Source: Gemmatimonadaceae bacterium
GTDB lineage: Bacteria; Gemmatimonadota; Gemmatimonadetes; Gemmatimonadales; Gemmatimonadaceae
Length of the DNA: 22,411 bases
Direction of reading: 5' to 3'
NCBI GenBank assembly: GCA_033763905.1
Contig: JANRJP010000126.1
Span: 1-22,411 of the forward strand
Position numbers and translations under genes: made by a program. Of the stretch, positions 1 through 7,601 are shown piece by piece; within the stretch, counting starts at the first letter, position 1, and each line of letters opens with the position of its first letter. A model generated the notes under the pieces. That model was not told where the DNA came from, did not search any database, and saw nothing but the letters and a program-made list of their open reading frames with translations.

Positions 1-1
1 G

Positions 2-793
2 CTGACCGCGCGCGCGTATCCCACGCCGACGGCCGTGATTCCCTACGGACCGGCGCCACAGCAGTTCGGTGAGCTGTATCTGCCCACCGGTGACGGGCCG
101 CATCCGGTGGCGGTCCTGATCCACGGCGGGTGCTGGCGCGCCGAATACGACCTGGCGTATCTGCGCCACCTCGCGGGCGCGTTGCGCGATGAGGGCATCG
201 CCGTCTGGTCGATCGAGTTCCGGCGCATCGGCGATGCGGGCGGCGGCTGGCCGGGCACGTTTCTCGATGTGTCGCGCGGCGTGGACGCGGTGCGCGAGCT
301 CGCGGGTACGCATCGGCTGGACCTGAGCCGCGTGGTCCTGTCGGGACATTCGGCCGGTGGGCATCTGGCCCTTTGGGCCGGCGCTCGCCACGCGGTGCCG
401 CCCACGAGCGACATCGCGACGCCCACGCCGCTGCCCGTGCGCGCGGTCGTCGGCCTCGCGGCGATTACCGACCTGCCGACGTACGCGTCGGCCACCGGGT
501 GCGGGAGCGCGGTGGCCCCGTTGCTCGGCGGAGCGCCCACCGATCAGCCGCTGCGGGTGGCGGCGGCCTCCCCGTCGTCGCTACGCGGCACGGCGCCGCA
601 GGTCTGGCTGGTGACCGGCGAGAAGGACCCGATCGTGCCGGCCTCGCAGGCGGCGGCGTTTCAGGCGTCACATCCTGGGGAGTCAGTCCGCGTCGTTGCG
701 GTGCCAGGGGTCGGCCATTTCGAGCTCGTCGCCCCGTGGTCGACGGCGTTCCCGCAGGTGCGCGACGCAATTCGCCGGGGCTTGGGCCGGTAG
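2..793 (+). CDS. Alpha/beta-hydrolase (HSL-like carboxylesterase/lipase), probably 5'-truncated by the window edge
   Basis: Oxyanion motif IHGGCW, nucleophile elbow GHSAGG, and candidate catalytic Asp (KDPIVP) and His (GHFEL). The frame of ORF 35..793 stays open back to position 2 (LTARAYPTPTAV...), so the true start may lie upstream. Confidence 0.9.
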   Translation: MTARAYPTPTAVIPYGPAPQQFGELYLPTGDGPHPVAVLIHGGCWRAEYDLAYLRHLAGALRDEGIAVWSIEFRRIGDAGGGWPGTFLDVSRGVDAVRELAGTHRLDLSRVVLSGHSAGGHLALWAGARHAVPPTSDIATPTPLPVRAVVGLAAITDLPTYASATGCGSAVAPLLGGAPTDQPLRVAAASPSSLRGTAPQVWLVTGEKDPIVPASQAAAFQASHPGESVRVVAVPGVGHFELVAPWSTAFPQVRDAIRRGLGR

Positions 794-831
794 GAGAAAC
801 TTTCGGTGCGTTCGGGCGTAGGGACCCGCGT

Positions 832-990
832 ATGATGCACCGAACGCAATCTTCAGTCTGGCACCGGCTCTGGGCCTGGCTTCGTGGCAAGCGGCAGCGG
901 GTGGCAGTGACCACCGGCGAGATCGTGCTGCGGACCCTGCGCCTGCAGCAGTCGGCGGACGAGTGGCGTCGCCGCCCATCGCGCGGCTGA
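832..990 (+). CDS. Possible 52-aa basic small protein (MMHRTQSSVWHRLWAWLRGKRQ...)
   Basis: ATG at 832 preceded by AGGGAC. It fills the gap between the hydrolase and cruF and has a Trp/Arg-rich amphipathic N-terminus. No recognisable family. Confidence 0.35.
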   Translation: MMHRTQSSVWHRLWAWLRGKRQRVAVTTGEIVLRTLRLQQSADEWRRRPSRG

Positions 991-1032
991 TCAGCGCTTG
1001 AATGGCGGAGCCGAGTCGGGCAATTTCCCGTC

Positions 1033-1956
1033 TTGCTCACGCTCCCGCTTCCGCTCGCCCGTAGCGCGCCGCACGCCGGCGCGGCTGACGCGGCCCCCCG
1101 GATCTACACGATCGGCTATTGGGCTCTGGTCGTGCACGCCGGCGCGAGTCTGCTCTCGGCGGTCTCGTTTGCGACCTTCCTGATCGAGCCGTATCCGGCG
1201 TTCATCAACACGCCGACAAATCTCAAGCTCCTCTCGTTCGGCCTCACCTGGGGCGGACAGATCACCGTGGTGCTGGGCGCGATTGCCGGCCTCGCGTTTG
1301 CGGCGTGGGTGCTCGGTGTGCGCACCGCGCTCCTCACGTTTGCGGTCACCTTCGTGCTCTCGCTCGGCGCGGAGCTGGCCGGGACGCACTGGGGCGTGCC
1401 CTTCGGCAACTACGCGTACTCGGGACGACTCGGCTACAAGATCCTCGATCTCGTCCCGTTCAACATCCCCGCGTCGTGGTTCTATATGATCGTCGGCTGT
1501 CTGGCGATCTGTGCGCGACTGTTGCCGGCGAAGGACGACGGGATGAGCCGCTGGTGGTGGGCGTTCGTCAGCGGCCTCGCGCTGACCGCGTGGGATGTGT
1601 CCCTCGATCCCGCGATGGTGAAGACGTACCACTGGATGTGGAACGTGCCCGATCTCTCGGGTGCCCCCGCGTGGCAGCGCTTCATCGGTGAGCCGATCTT
1701 CTTCGGGATGCCGATCACCAACTGGCTCGGCTGGTTGCTGACCGGCACGCTCGTCTCGCGCGCGGCGCTGATGGTGGTACCGCCGACGCGATGGGCGGCG
1801 GCCCTCAAGCCGTGGAAGTTTCCGCTGGTGCTCTACGGCGTGAACGGCCTGTTGCCGCTGGCGATCTGCTACCGCCAGGAGATGGTACTGGCGGGCGTGG
1901 TCGGAACGATCGTGATGGGTTGGCCCCTCTGGGCCGCCTGGCGCAAGGCCGACTGA
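1033..1956 (+). CDS. cruF: CruF-family carotenoid 1,2-hydratase (DUF422/carotenoid biosynthesis membrane protein)
   Basis: Polytopic membrane protein with family motifs ELAGTHWGVPFGNYAYSGRLG, VPFNIPASWF, AWDVSLDPAMV and FFGMPITNWLGW, directly upstream of a carotene desaturase. The TTG start is uncertain. Confidence 0.85.
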   Translation: MLTLPLPLARSAPHAGAADAAPRIYTIGYWALVVHAGASLLSAVSFATFLIEPYPAFINTPTNLKLLSFGLTWGGQITVVLGAIAGLAFAAWVLGVRTALLTFAVTFVLSLGAELAGTHWGVPFGNYAYSGRLGYKILDLVPFNIPASWFYMIVGCLAICARLLPAKDDGMSRWWWAFVSGLALTAWDVSLDPAMVKTYHWMWNVPDLSGAPAWQRFIGEPIFFGMPITNWLGWLLTGTLVSRAALMVVPPTRWAAALKPWKFPLVLYGVNGLLPLAICYRQEMVLAGVVGTIVMGWPLWAAWRKAD

Positions 1957-1966
1957 TCGCGCGCGA

Positions 1967-2245
1967 ATGCCACCGGCCCTGCTCACCTGGCTCGACTCCG
2001 ATGCGGTGCCGGTGATTGCCGCCGTGGTGTTGGTGCTGGAAGGCGTCGTGCTGTCGTGGCGGCGGCGGCGCACCGGCCGGGGACCCGCCGGCGCACTCCT
2101 GATGTCTTTTCTCTTGAGCGGCGGCGCCTTGCTGACCGCTCTTTTCTTTCATCGTCGCCCGGGTGGAGGCGTCGGCTTCGGCCTTGCGATGACCGCCGCG
2201 CTCGGGTTGCACGTATGGCACCTCACCCGGCTCAGCCGGTCGTAG
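1967..2245 (+). CDS. Small (92 aa) membrane protein of unknown function, about 3 hydrophobic helices
   Basis: ATG 10 nt after the cruF stop and stop 9 nt before the crtI ATG. Hydrophobic stretches VPVIAAVVLVLEGVVLSW, ALLMSFLLSGGALLTALFF and VGFGLAMTAALGLHVW. Confidence 0.7.
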   Translation: MPPALLTWLDSDAVPVIAAVVLVLEGVVLSWRRRRTGRGPAGALLMSFLLSGGALLTALFFHRRPGGGVGFGLAMTAALGLHVWHLTRLSRS

Positions 2246-2254
2246 GACTCGCGG

Positions 2255-3769
2255 ATGCGCATCGTCGTCATCGGCAGCGGTTTCGGCGGATTGTCCGCCG
2301 CCATTCGCCTGCAGGCCCAAGGGCATCAGGTCACGATCGTCGAGAAGCTCGACAAGCCCGGGGGACGCGCCTACGTCTTCGAGCAGGATGGCTTCACGTT
2401 CGACGGCGGCCCGACGATCATCACCGTCCCGTGGATGCTCGACGAGCTCTTCGCGACATCGGGTCGTCAGACGGCGGACTACGTCGATCTCGTCAAGCTC
2501 AACCCGTTCTACAACATCTGCTTCGAGGACGGCTCGGTCTTCCACTACAACGACAACGAAGACGAGCTGGTACGGCAGGTGCGCGCCTTTTCGCCCGGTG
2601 ATGTCGACGGCTACCACCGGTTCCGGCAGCGCTCGGGCGAGATCCTCAAGGCCGGGATGGCGCTCATCGACAAGTCGTTCCACGATCCGTGGCCGATGCT
2701 GTCGGTGGTACCGACCTTGGCCAAGCTCCGGGCCGACCGCTCGGTGGCGGGGATGGCGTCAGCCCATCTGCGCGACCCGCGGCTGCAGCAGGTGTTCTCG
2801 TTCCACCCGCTGCTGGTGGGCGGCAATCCCTACCGCGCCTCGGCGATGTACGCGTTGATCCACGCGCTCGAACAGGAGTGGGGCGTGTGGTTCGCGCGTG
2901 GCGGCACCGGCGCGCTGGTGCGCGGCTTGGTGCGTTGCTTCGAAGATCTGGGTGGCGAACTGCGGCTGAACGCCGAAGTCTCGTCGATTGCGCTGAGCGC
3001 CGACCAGAAGCGGACGACGGGCGTCCGGTTGGCCAACGGCGAAACGCTGGCCGCCGATGCCGTCGTGTGCAACGGCGATCTGGCGCAGGCGTATCGCACG
3101 TTGCTGCCCGAGTCGGCGCGTCCCGCGATGTCGAATCGCAAGATTGCGCGGTATCGCCATTCGATGTCGCTGTTCGTGATCTACTTCGGCACGAACAAGC
3201 AGTATCCCGAGCGCGCGCATCACGAGATTCTGCTCGGCCCCCGCTACAAGGCGCTGCTCGAGGACATCTTCGAGCGGAAGATTCTGGCCGACGACTTCTC
3301 GCTGTACCTGCACCGCCCGACGGCGACCGAACCGTCACTCGCGCCGCCGGGCCACGACTGCTGGTACGTGCTCTCGCCAGTACCGCACTTGGGTGGCAAC
3401 ATCGACTGGGAGACCGCCGGACAGCGGTACCGGGATCGGATCTTCGAGTATCTCGAGTCGCGCTACCTGCCCAACCTGCGGCAGCATCTCGTGACCGAGC
3501 GGCGCATCGACCCGCGCTACTTCGAGCGCACGCTCAACAGCTATCTCGGCAGTGCGTTCGGGCCCGAGCCGACGCTGCTGCAGTCGGGCTACTTCCGCCC
3601 GCACTCGCGCTCGTCCGACATCCCGAACCTCTACTTCTGCGGCGCCGGTCCGCATCCCGGGGCGGGGATTCCCGGTGTGATCGCCAGCGGCAAGATCGTT
3701 GCCGACCTGATCGGCGCTGCCTCGGGGGCGCACGCGCGCGTATCCGCCGAACGGATGGCGGCCCGATGA
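2255..3769 (+). CDS. crtI: CrtI-family phytoene/carotene desaturase (FAD-dependent)
   Basis: N-terminal Rossmann motif VVIGSGFGGLSAAIRL, plus PGGRAYV, GFTFDGGPTIIT, FSFHPLLVGGNP, SMSLFVIYFG, DDFSLYLHRP and C-terminal NLYFCGAGxHPGAGIPGV. AGGA RBS upstream. The exact step (CrtI versus a CrtI-like paralog) is not resolvable from sequence. Confidence 0.9.
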   Translation: MRIVVIGSGFGGLSAAIRLQAQGHQVTIVEKLDKPGGRAYVFEQDGFTFDGGPTIITVPWMLDELFATSGRQTADYVDLVKLNPFYNICFEDGSVFHYNDNEDELVRQVRAFSPGDVDGYHRFRQRSGEILKAGMALIDKSFHDPWPMLSVVPTLAKLRADRSVAGMASAHLRDPRLQQVFSFHPLLVGGNPYRASAMYALIHALEQEWGVWFARGGTGALVRGLVRCFEDLGGELRLNAEVSSIALSADQKRTTGVRLANGETLAADAVVCNGDLAQAYRTLLPESARPAMSNRKIARYRHSMSLFVIYFGTNKQYPERAHHEILLGPRYKALLEDIFERKILADDFSLYLHRPTATEPSLAPPGHDCWYVLSPVPHLGGNIDWETAGQRYRDRIFEYLESRYLPNLRQHLVTERRIDPRYFERTLNSYLGSAFGPEPTLLQSGYFRPHSRSSDIPNLYFCGAGPHPGAGIPGVIASGKIVADLIGAASGAHARVSAERMAAR

Positions 3770-4551
3770 TGCACACCCTGTTCCGCGTGTTCGTCTGGGC
3801 GCATCTCGTGGCCGGCGCCGTGGGGCTGGTGTTGTTCTGGGTGGCCGGCGTGTTCAGCAAGAAGGGCGGCGAGCCGCACAAGCGCTGGGGGCTCGTGTTC
3901 GTCTACTCGATGCTCTTCACCGGCTCGGTGGCCGTGGGGATGAGCGCGCTGACGCTCATCGACCCGATGGCCACGCACCCGCACTTCGTGACGCACCCGC
4001 AGTTCCACGACGCCACACTCGTGCGTGGGCTCTTCGGATGGATGATGCAGTATCTGGCGGTGCTCACCGTGAGTTTGGCCTGGCACGGCTGGGGGGCGGT
4101 CAAGCACAAGCGCACGCACGCCGACAATCGCCGCCCCCTCAACGTGTTTCTGCAGATCGCGGTGATGGTGACGGCGGTGAACTGCTTCGTCCACGGTCTC
4201 GAGCTCAAGCAGCCGGTGATGCTCGGGCTCCCGATCGTGGGCGTGGCGTCGGGCGTGACCAACCTGTGGTTCGCGTTCCGCCCCGAGCCGCTGCGCTTCG
4301 GGTATCTCATTGAGCACGTCAAAGCGCTGGTCGGTGCGGCGATCTCGGCCTACACCGCCTTCCTGGCCTTCGGTCTGGTTCGCTTGATGCCCGAGCAGGT
4401 CTTCAATCCCTTTCTGTGGGCGGCGCCGCTCACGGTGGGCTTGAGCATCATCATCTGGCACTTCGTGCGGCTCATCCGGCTCCGACGCCGTGGCGCACCG
4501 ATCAGCGCCGCCGTGCCGGGCGCTATGCGCGGCGCCGCACCCGGCACATGA
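3766..4551 (+). CDS. His-rich polytopic membrane protein (DUF2306-like), 261 aa
   Basis: Real start is probably the ATG at 3766 (ATGA overlap with the crtI stop), i.e. the C-terminal part of ORF 2689..4551. Begins H-x-x-A-G...KKGGEPHKRWG (DUF2306-like signature) and has about 7 TM segments. Confidence 0.75.
   Translation: MMHTLFRVFVWAHLVAGAVGLVLFWVAGVFSKKGGEPHKRWGLVFVYSMLFTGSVAVGMSALTLIDPMATHPHFVTHPQFHDATLVRGLFGWMMQYLAVLTVSLAWHGWGAVKHKRTHADNRRPLNVFLQIAVMVTAVNCFVHGLELKQPVMLGLPIVGVASGVTNLWFAFRPEPLRFGYLIEHVKALVGAAISAYTAFLAFGLVRLMPEQVFNPFLWAAPLTVGLSIIIWHFVRLIRLRRRGAPISAAVPGAMRGAAPGT
3973..4008 (+). repeat. Imperfect 18-bp tandem duplication inside the His-rich membrane gene
   Basis: ACGCACCCGCACTTCGTG / ACGCACCCGCAGTTCCAC (14/18 identical), encoding THPHFV / THPQFH. 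Confidence 0.65.
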
Positions 4552-5896
4552 TGTCGCGGGCCGGTCGCGTCGTGAGGCGCGACACCGGCCGCACCGACGC
4601 GGGATCGAGCACCTCGAAGTCGTAGTCACGCACGACGCGCGCGAGAATCAGCGCGCTCTCGGTCTGCGCGAACGCCGCGCCAACGCACACCCGCGGCCCC
4701 GTGCCGAAGGGGATGTACGCACCGGCGACGTGCCCCCGTTCGCGCTCGGGCGCGAAGCGGTCCGGGTCGAAGCGGTCGGGGTCGGGCCACAGCTTGATGT
4801 GCCGGTGCATCGTCCACGGCGAGATCATCACCATCGTGCCGCGCTTCACGCGGCGCCCGCCAATCGTCGTGTCGGCCGTGGCCACGCGCGGAATGAAGGT
4901 GATCGGCGGATAGAGCCGCATCGTCTCGCGGAAGACGTTGCGGACGAACGGCAGACGCCGCAGGTGTTCGAACTGCACCTCCCCGCGGCCCACCACGCCC
5001 TCGAGTTCCTCGCGCATCCGCTCCGCCAGCGCCGGCTGCTGCGACAGCACGAAGAACACCCACGTGAGGACGCTGGCCGTGGTTTCGTGGCCCGCCAGGA
5101 AGAAGGTGCCGATCTCGTCGATCAGCTCTTCGCGTGTCATCGCGATGCCGTCGGCGTCGCGGGCGAGAATCGCCGCACCGGCGATGTCATCGATCGGGGT
5201 CGCGCCGGGCGCCAAGCGCTCGTCGATCAGCGCCCCGATGTGCTCGCGAATGCGGGTGCAGGCGTCCACCACCGCCGGCGGCTGCGGAATGTCGGCGAAG
5301 GGCTTTTCGAGCAGCAGCTTGAGGATCTCGACGTTCGCGACCCGCGCCTGCCAGCGTGCAAAGGCCGTGAAGACGCCGCGCGCCGCCTCGGATTCCAGCG
5401 AAGTCGAAAAGATCGTCCGCGTAATGATGTCGGCGGTCACGTGGCTCATCGCCTGATCCAGCGACAGCGCCGTGCCGTCGTCCGCGTGCCGCGCGAGCAT
5501 CGGAATGAAGTCGTCGACCGCCGCCGCCATTGGTGCGAACGCGCGGTTGATGCGCATATGCGAGAACGCCGGGTCGATCATCTGCCGCTGCCGTCGCCAC
5601 CGGGCGCCGTTCGACACGAAGATCGACTCGCCCACCAGCGGGGCCAGGGCCCCGACCATCAGGTCGTTCTTCGGAAACAGCCCGTCGACGTCCGCCAGCA
5701 CCTTGGTGACTTCGGCCGGGTCGTTCACCAGCAGAATGCCGCGGCGCGACGACCCCAGCGGCGTGATCAGTTCGCGGTAGGCATCGACGGGCAGAATGCT
5801 CAGCAGGTCCCGGTCGCGCCGAGCGATCGTGCGCAGCAGCGCGACCAGCGGCGACCGGAGGCTCGGTGCCGGCGGCCGATACGCGACGCCGGTCAC
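4523..5896 (-). CDS. Cytochrome P450
   Basis: I-helix FFLAGHETT, K-helix ETMR (ExxR), meander FDPDRF and heme-ligand motif PFGTGPRVCVG; 457 aa. Confidence 0.96.
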   Translation of the reverse strand: MTGVAYRPPAPSLRSPLVALLRTIARRDRDLLSILPVDAYRELITPLGSSRRGILLVNDPAEVTKVLADVDGLFPKNDLMVGALAPLVGESIFVSNGARWRRQRQMIDPAFSHMRINRAFAPMAAAVDDFIPMLARHADDGTALSLDQAMSHVTADIITRTIFSTSLESEAARGVFTAFARWQARVANVEILKLLLEKPFADIPQPPAVVDACTRIREHIGALIDERLAPGATPIDDIAGAAILARDADGIAMTREELIDEIGTFFLAGHETTASVLTWVFFVLSQQPALAERMREELEGVVGRGEVQFEHLRRLPFVRNVFRETMRLYPPITFIPRVATADTTIGGRRVKRGTMVMISPWTMHRHIKLWPDPDRFDPDRFAPERERGHVAGAYIPFGTGPRVCVGAAFAQTESALILARVVRDYDFEVLDPASVRPVSRLTTRPARDIMCRVRRRA

Positions 5897-6411
5897 GCGG
5901 CGCCGCGGTCGGCGCGCGGCGTCAGCGGCTGCGGCATCGGGAACTTCACGGCGTGCTTGCGGAAGTTGAGTGCCGTGCTGCGGAGCGCGTTGGTGACTAC
6001 GAAGGCGATCGGCAACTCGGGTTCGGCGTCGAGCACGACCTTCGCGTCGAAGCCTTTCGACCGCAGGAAGGCTGCAGCCTCGTTCGCGCGGCGTTCCGGA
6101 TCATCGACGACGAGGCCGATCGAGCCCGCGGTCCCACCGAGCTTGTCGATCACCCAGGGCTCGGGACAGGTCACCAGCGTACCGTCCCAGAAGATGGCGC
6201 GGCGGACACCGGGCGTGTCGCCCCGGAAGCGCTGCTTGATCCCGTGCTGCTCGAGCACCGCGACGATCGCATCCTGGGCCGCGTGCGAAGTGGCCGCGAA
6301 GATGCGTGACCCGTTGTCGGGGATCGGCAGCAAATTGCGACCATTCGCCGCGAAGAGCAGCCAGACGAAGAGCAGACCGAAGACGACGAGAATCGGCAGA
6401 GGGATGTACAC
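5893..6411 (-). CDS. Hypothetical protein with N-terminal membrane anchor, translationally coupled to the P450
   Basis: Preferred start is GTG at 6411, with a GGAG RBS 7 nt upstream (the ORF track starts at 6465). N-terminal hydrophobic helix IPLPILVVFGLLFVWLLFAA. Its stop overlaps the P450 start (GTGA, 5893-5896). Confidence 0.75.
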   Translation of the reverse strand: MYIPLPILVVFGLLFVWLLFAANGRNLLPIPDNGSRIFAATSHAAQDAIVAVLEQHGIKQRFRGDTPGVRRAIFWDGTLVTCPEPWVIDKLGGTAGSIGLVVDDPERRANEAAAFLRSKGFDAKVVLDAEPELPIAFVVTNALRSTALNFRKHAVKFPMPQPLTPRADRGAA

Positions 6412-6507
6412 GGGACACTCCGGACTCGTGACACCACACGGGATGCGGGGTGCCGGAACCGACACGAGATTACCGGAATCCGCCCTCGTGAATCAACCAC
6501 CCGCCCC

Positions 6508-7521
6508 GTGACCGACCTTCCTTCGCGCCGCACGGCGCCCTACCGCAACCGCAGCGGCAGCGATGTGGACCCGAGCGGTGTCCTGACCTGGATGGTCACC
6601 CGCCTCGCCAAGCGGCTGCCGCGGCCACCGAAGCGTCGCATCGTGGGCGTCACGCCCGATCTGGCCCGGCTGCACGCCAACCGCCGAGAGCCGACCTTCA
6701 CGTGGATCGGCCATTCCACGAGCCTGATCCAGCTCGGCGGGGCCAACATCCTCACCGATCCGATCTTCAGCCGGTTCGCGTCGCCGGTGCCTTTCGCCGG
6801 CCCGATGCGACACCAGCCGCCGGGCATCGCGCTGCGCGACCTCCCGCAGATCGACATCGTGCTGCTGTCGCACGCCCACTACGATCACCTGGACCTCCCC
6901 TCGATGCGGGCGCTGATGCGCCAGACGGGCGGGCCGCCGCTGTTTCTGGTGCCGGCGGGGATCGACCGGTGGTTCGCGCGCAACGTCCGCGGCACGGTGC
7001 TCGAGGGCCCGACGCGCAACGTGATCGGCCTCGAATGGGACGAACACACGACGGGCCACGGCCCCGCGCCCGAACTCGCGTTTCACTTCCTGCCGGTGCA
7101 GCACTGGGCGAATCGCTCGCCGTTCACCCGGAACGACACCCCGTGGGGCTCCTGGGCGATTCTGCATCCCGAGTTCCGCTTCTGGTTCTCGGGGGATCTG
7201 GGCTACTCCGACGATCCGGCACGGATTGGCGAGCGCTTTGGTCCCTTTGACGCGGCGGCGATTGCCATCGGCGCCTACGAGCCGCGCTGGTTTATGCGCC
7301 CCCAGCACGTCAATCCGGAGGAAGCCGTGCAGGTCCTGCTCGATGTGAAGGCCGCACGGGCCTTCGGCATCCACTGGGGGACGTTTCCGCTGACCGACGA
7401 GCCGTTGGACCAGCCGCCGGAGGACCTCAAGGCGGCCGTGGCGGCCCGTGGACTGCCCGAGGACCGCTTCACGGTGCTGCGGCACGGGGAGACCCGCCCC
7501 CTCACGCCCGCGCCTCGGTAG
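6508..7521 (+). CDS. MBL-fold metallo-hydrolase (NAPE-PLD/RomA-like)
   Basis: Motifs TWIGHST, ILTDPIFS, SHAHYDHLD (HxHxDH), FSGDLGY, IGAYEPRWFM and IHWGTFPL. Confidence 0.92.
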   Translation: MTDLPSRRTAPYRNRSGSDVDPSGVLTWMVTRLAKRLPRPPKRRIVGVTPDLARLHANRREPTFTWIGHSTSLIQLGGANILTDPIFSRFASPVPFAGPMRHQPPGIALRDLPQIDIVLLSHAHYDHLDLPSMRALMRQTGGPPLFLVPAGIDRWFARNVRGTVLEGPTRNVIGLEWDEHTTGHGPAPELAFHFLPVQHWANRSPFTRNDTPWGSWAILHPEFRFWFSGDLGYSDDPARIGERFGPFDAAAIAIGAYEPRWFMRPQHVNPEEAVQVLLDVKAARAFGIHWGTFPLTDEPLDQPPEDLKAAVAARGLPEDRFTVLRHGETRPLTPAPR

Positions 7522-7524
7522 GGG

Positions 7525-7544
7525 CCGCTGGTGGCGCCCAGCGG
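7525..7544 (+). terminator. Short GC stem-loop after the MBL hydrolase (possible weak terminator or pause site)
   Basis: CCGCTGG (7525-7531) / CCAGCGG (7538-7544) with a 6-nt loop, immediately after the TAG. No U-tract. Confidence 0.3.
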
Positions 7545-7549
7545 ACACG

Positions 7550-7578
7550 TTGACGCCTGCGCCCCGCCGACCGAAGAT
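7550..7578 (+). promoter_or_regulatory. Putative sigma70-type promoter for the small protein-dinB-DUF2721 unit
   Basis: TTGACG (7550-7555), a 17-nt spacer, then GAAGAT (7573-7578; keeps A2, A5, T6 of TATAAT), 23 nt upstream of ATG 7602. Confidence 0.35.
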
Positions 7579-7601
7579 TGAACATCCCCGTCCCGACGAG
7601 A

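Noticed and set aside
2689..3765. N-terminal ~360 aa of the 620-aa ORF 2689..4551
   Set aside because: It overlaps crtI out of frame and is low-complexity. The real protein begins at the ATG overlapping the crtI stop (3766).
3994..4005. HPQF matches the Strep-tag core
   Set aside because: It is a four-residue coincidence within a natural tandem duplication, with no WSHPQFEK and no vector sequence.
4490..6511. 673-aa + strand ORF
   Set aside because: It is the antisense shadow of the P450 and its partner gene; Arg/His/Ala-rich with no motifs.
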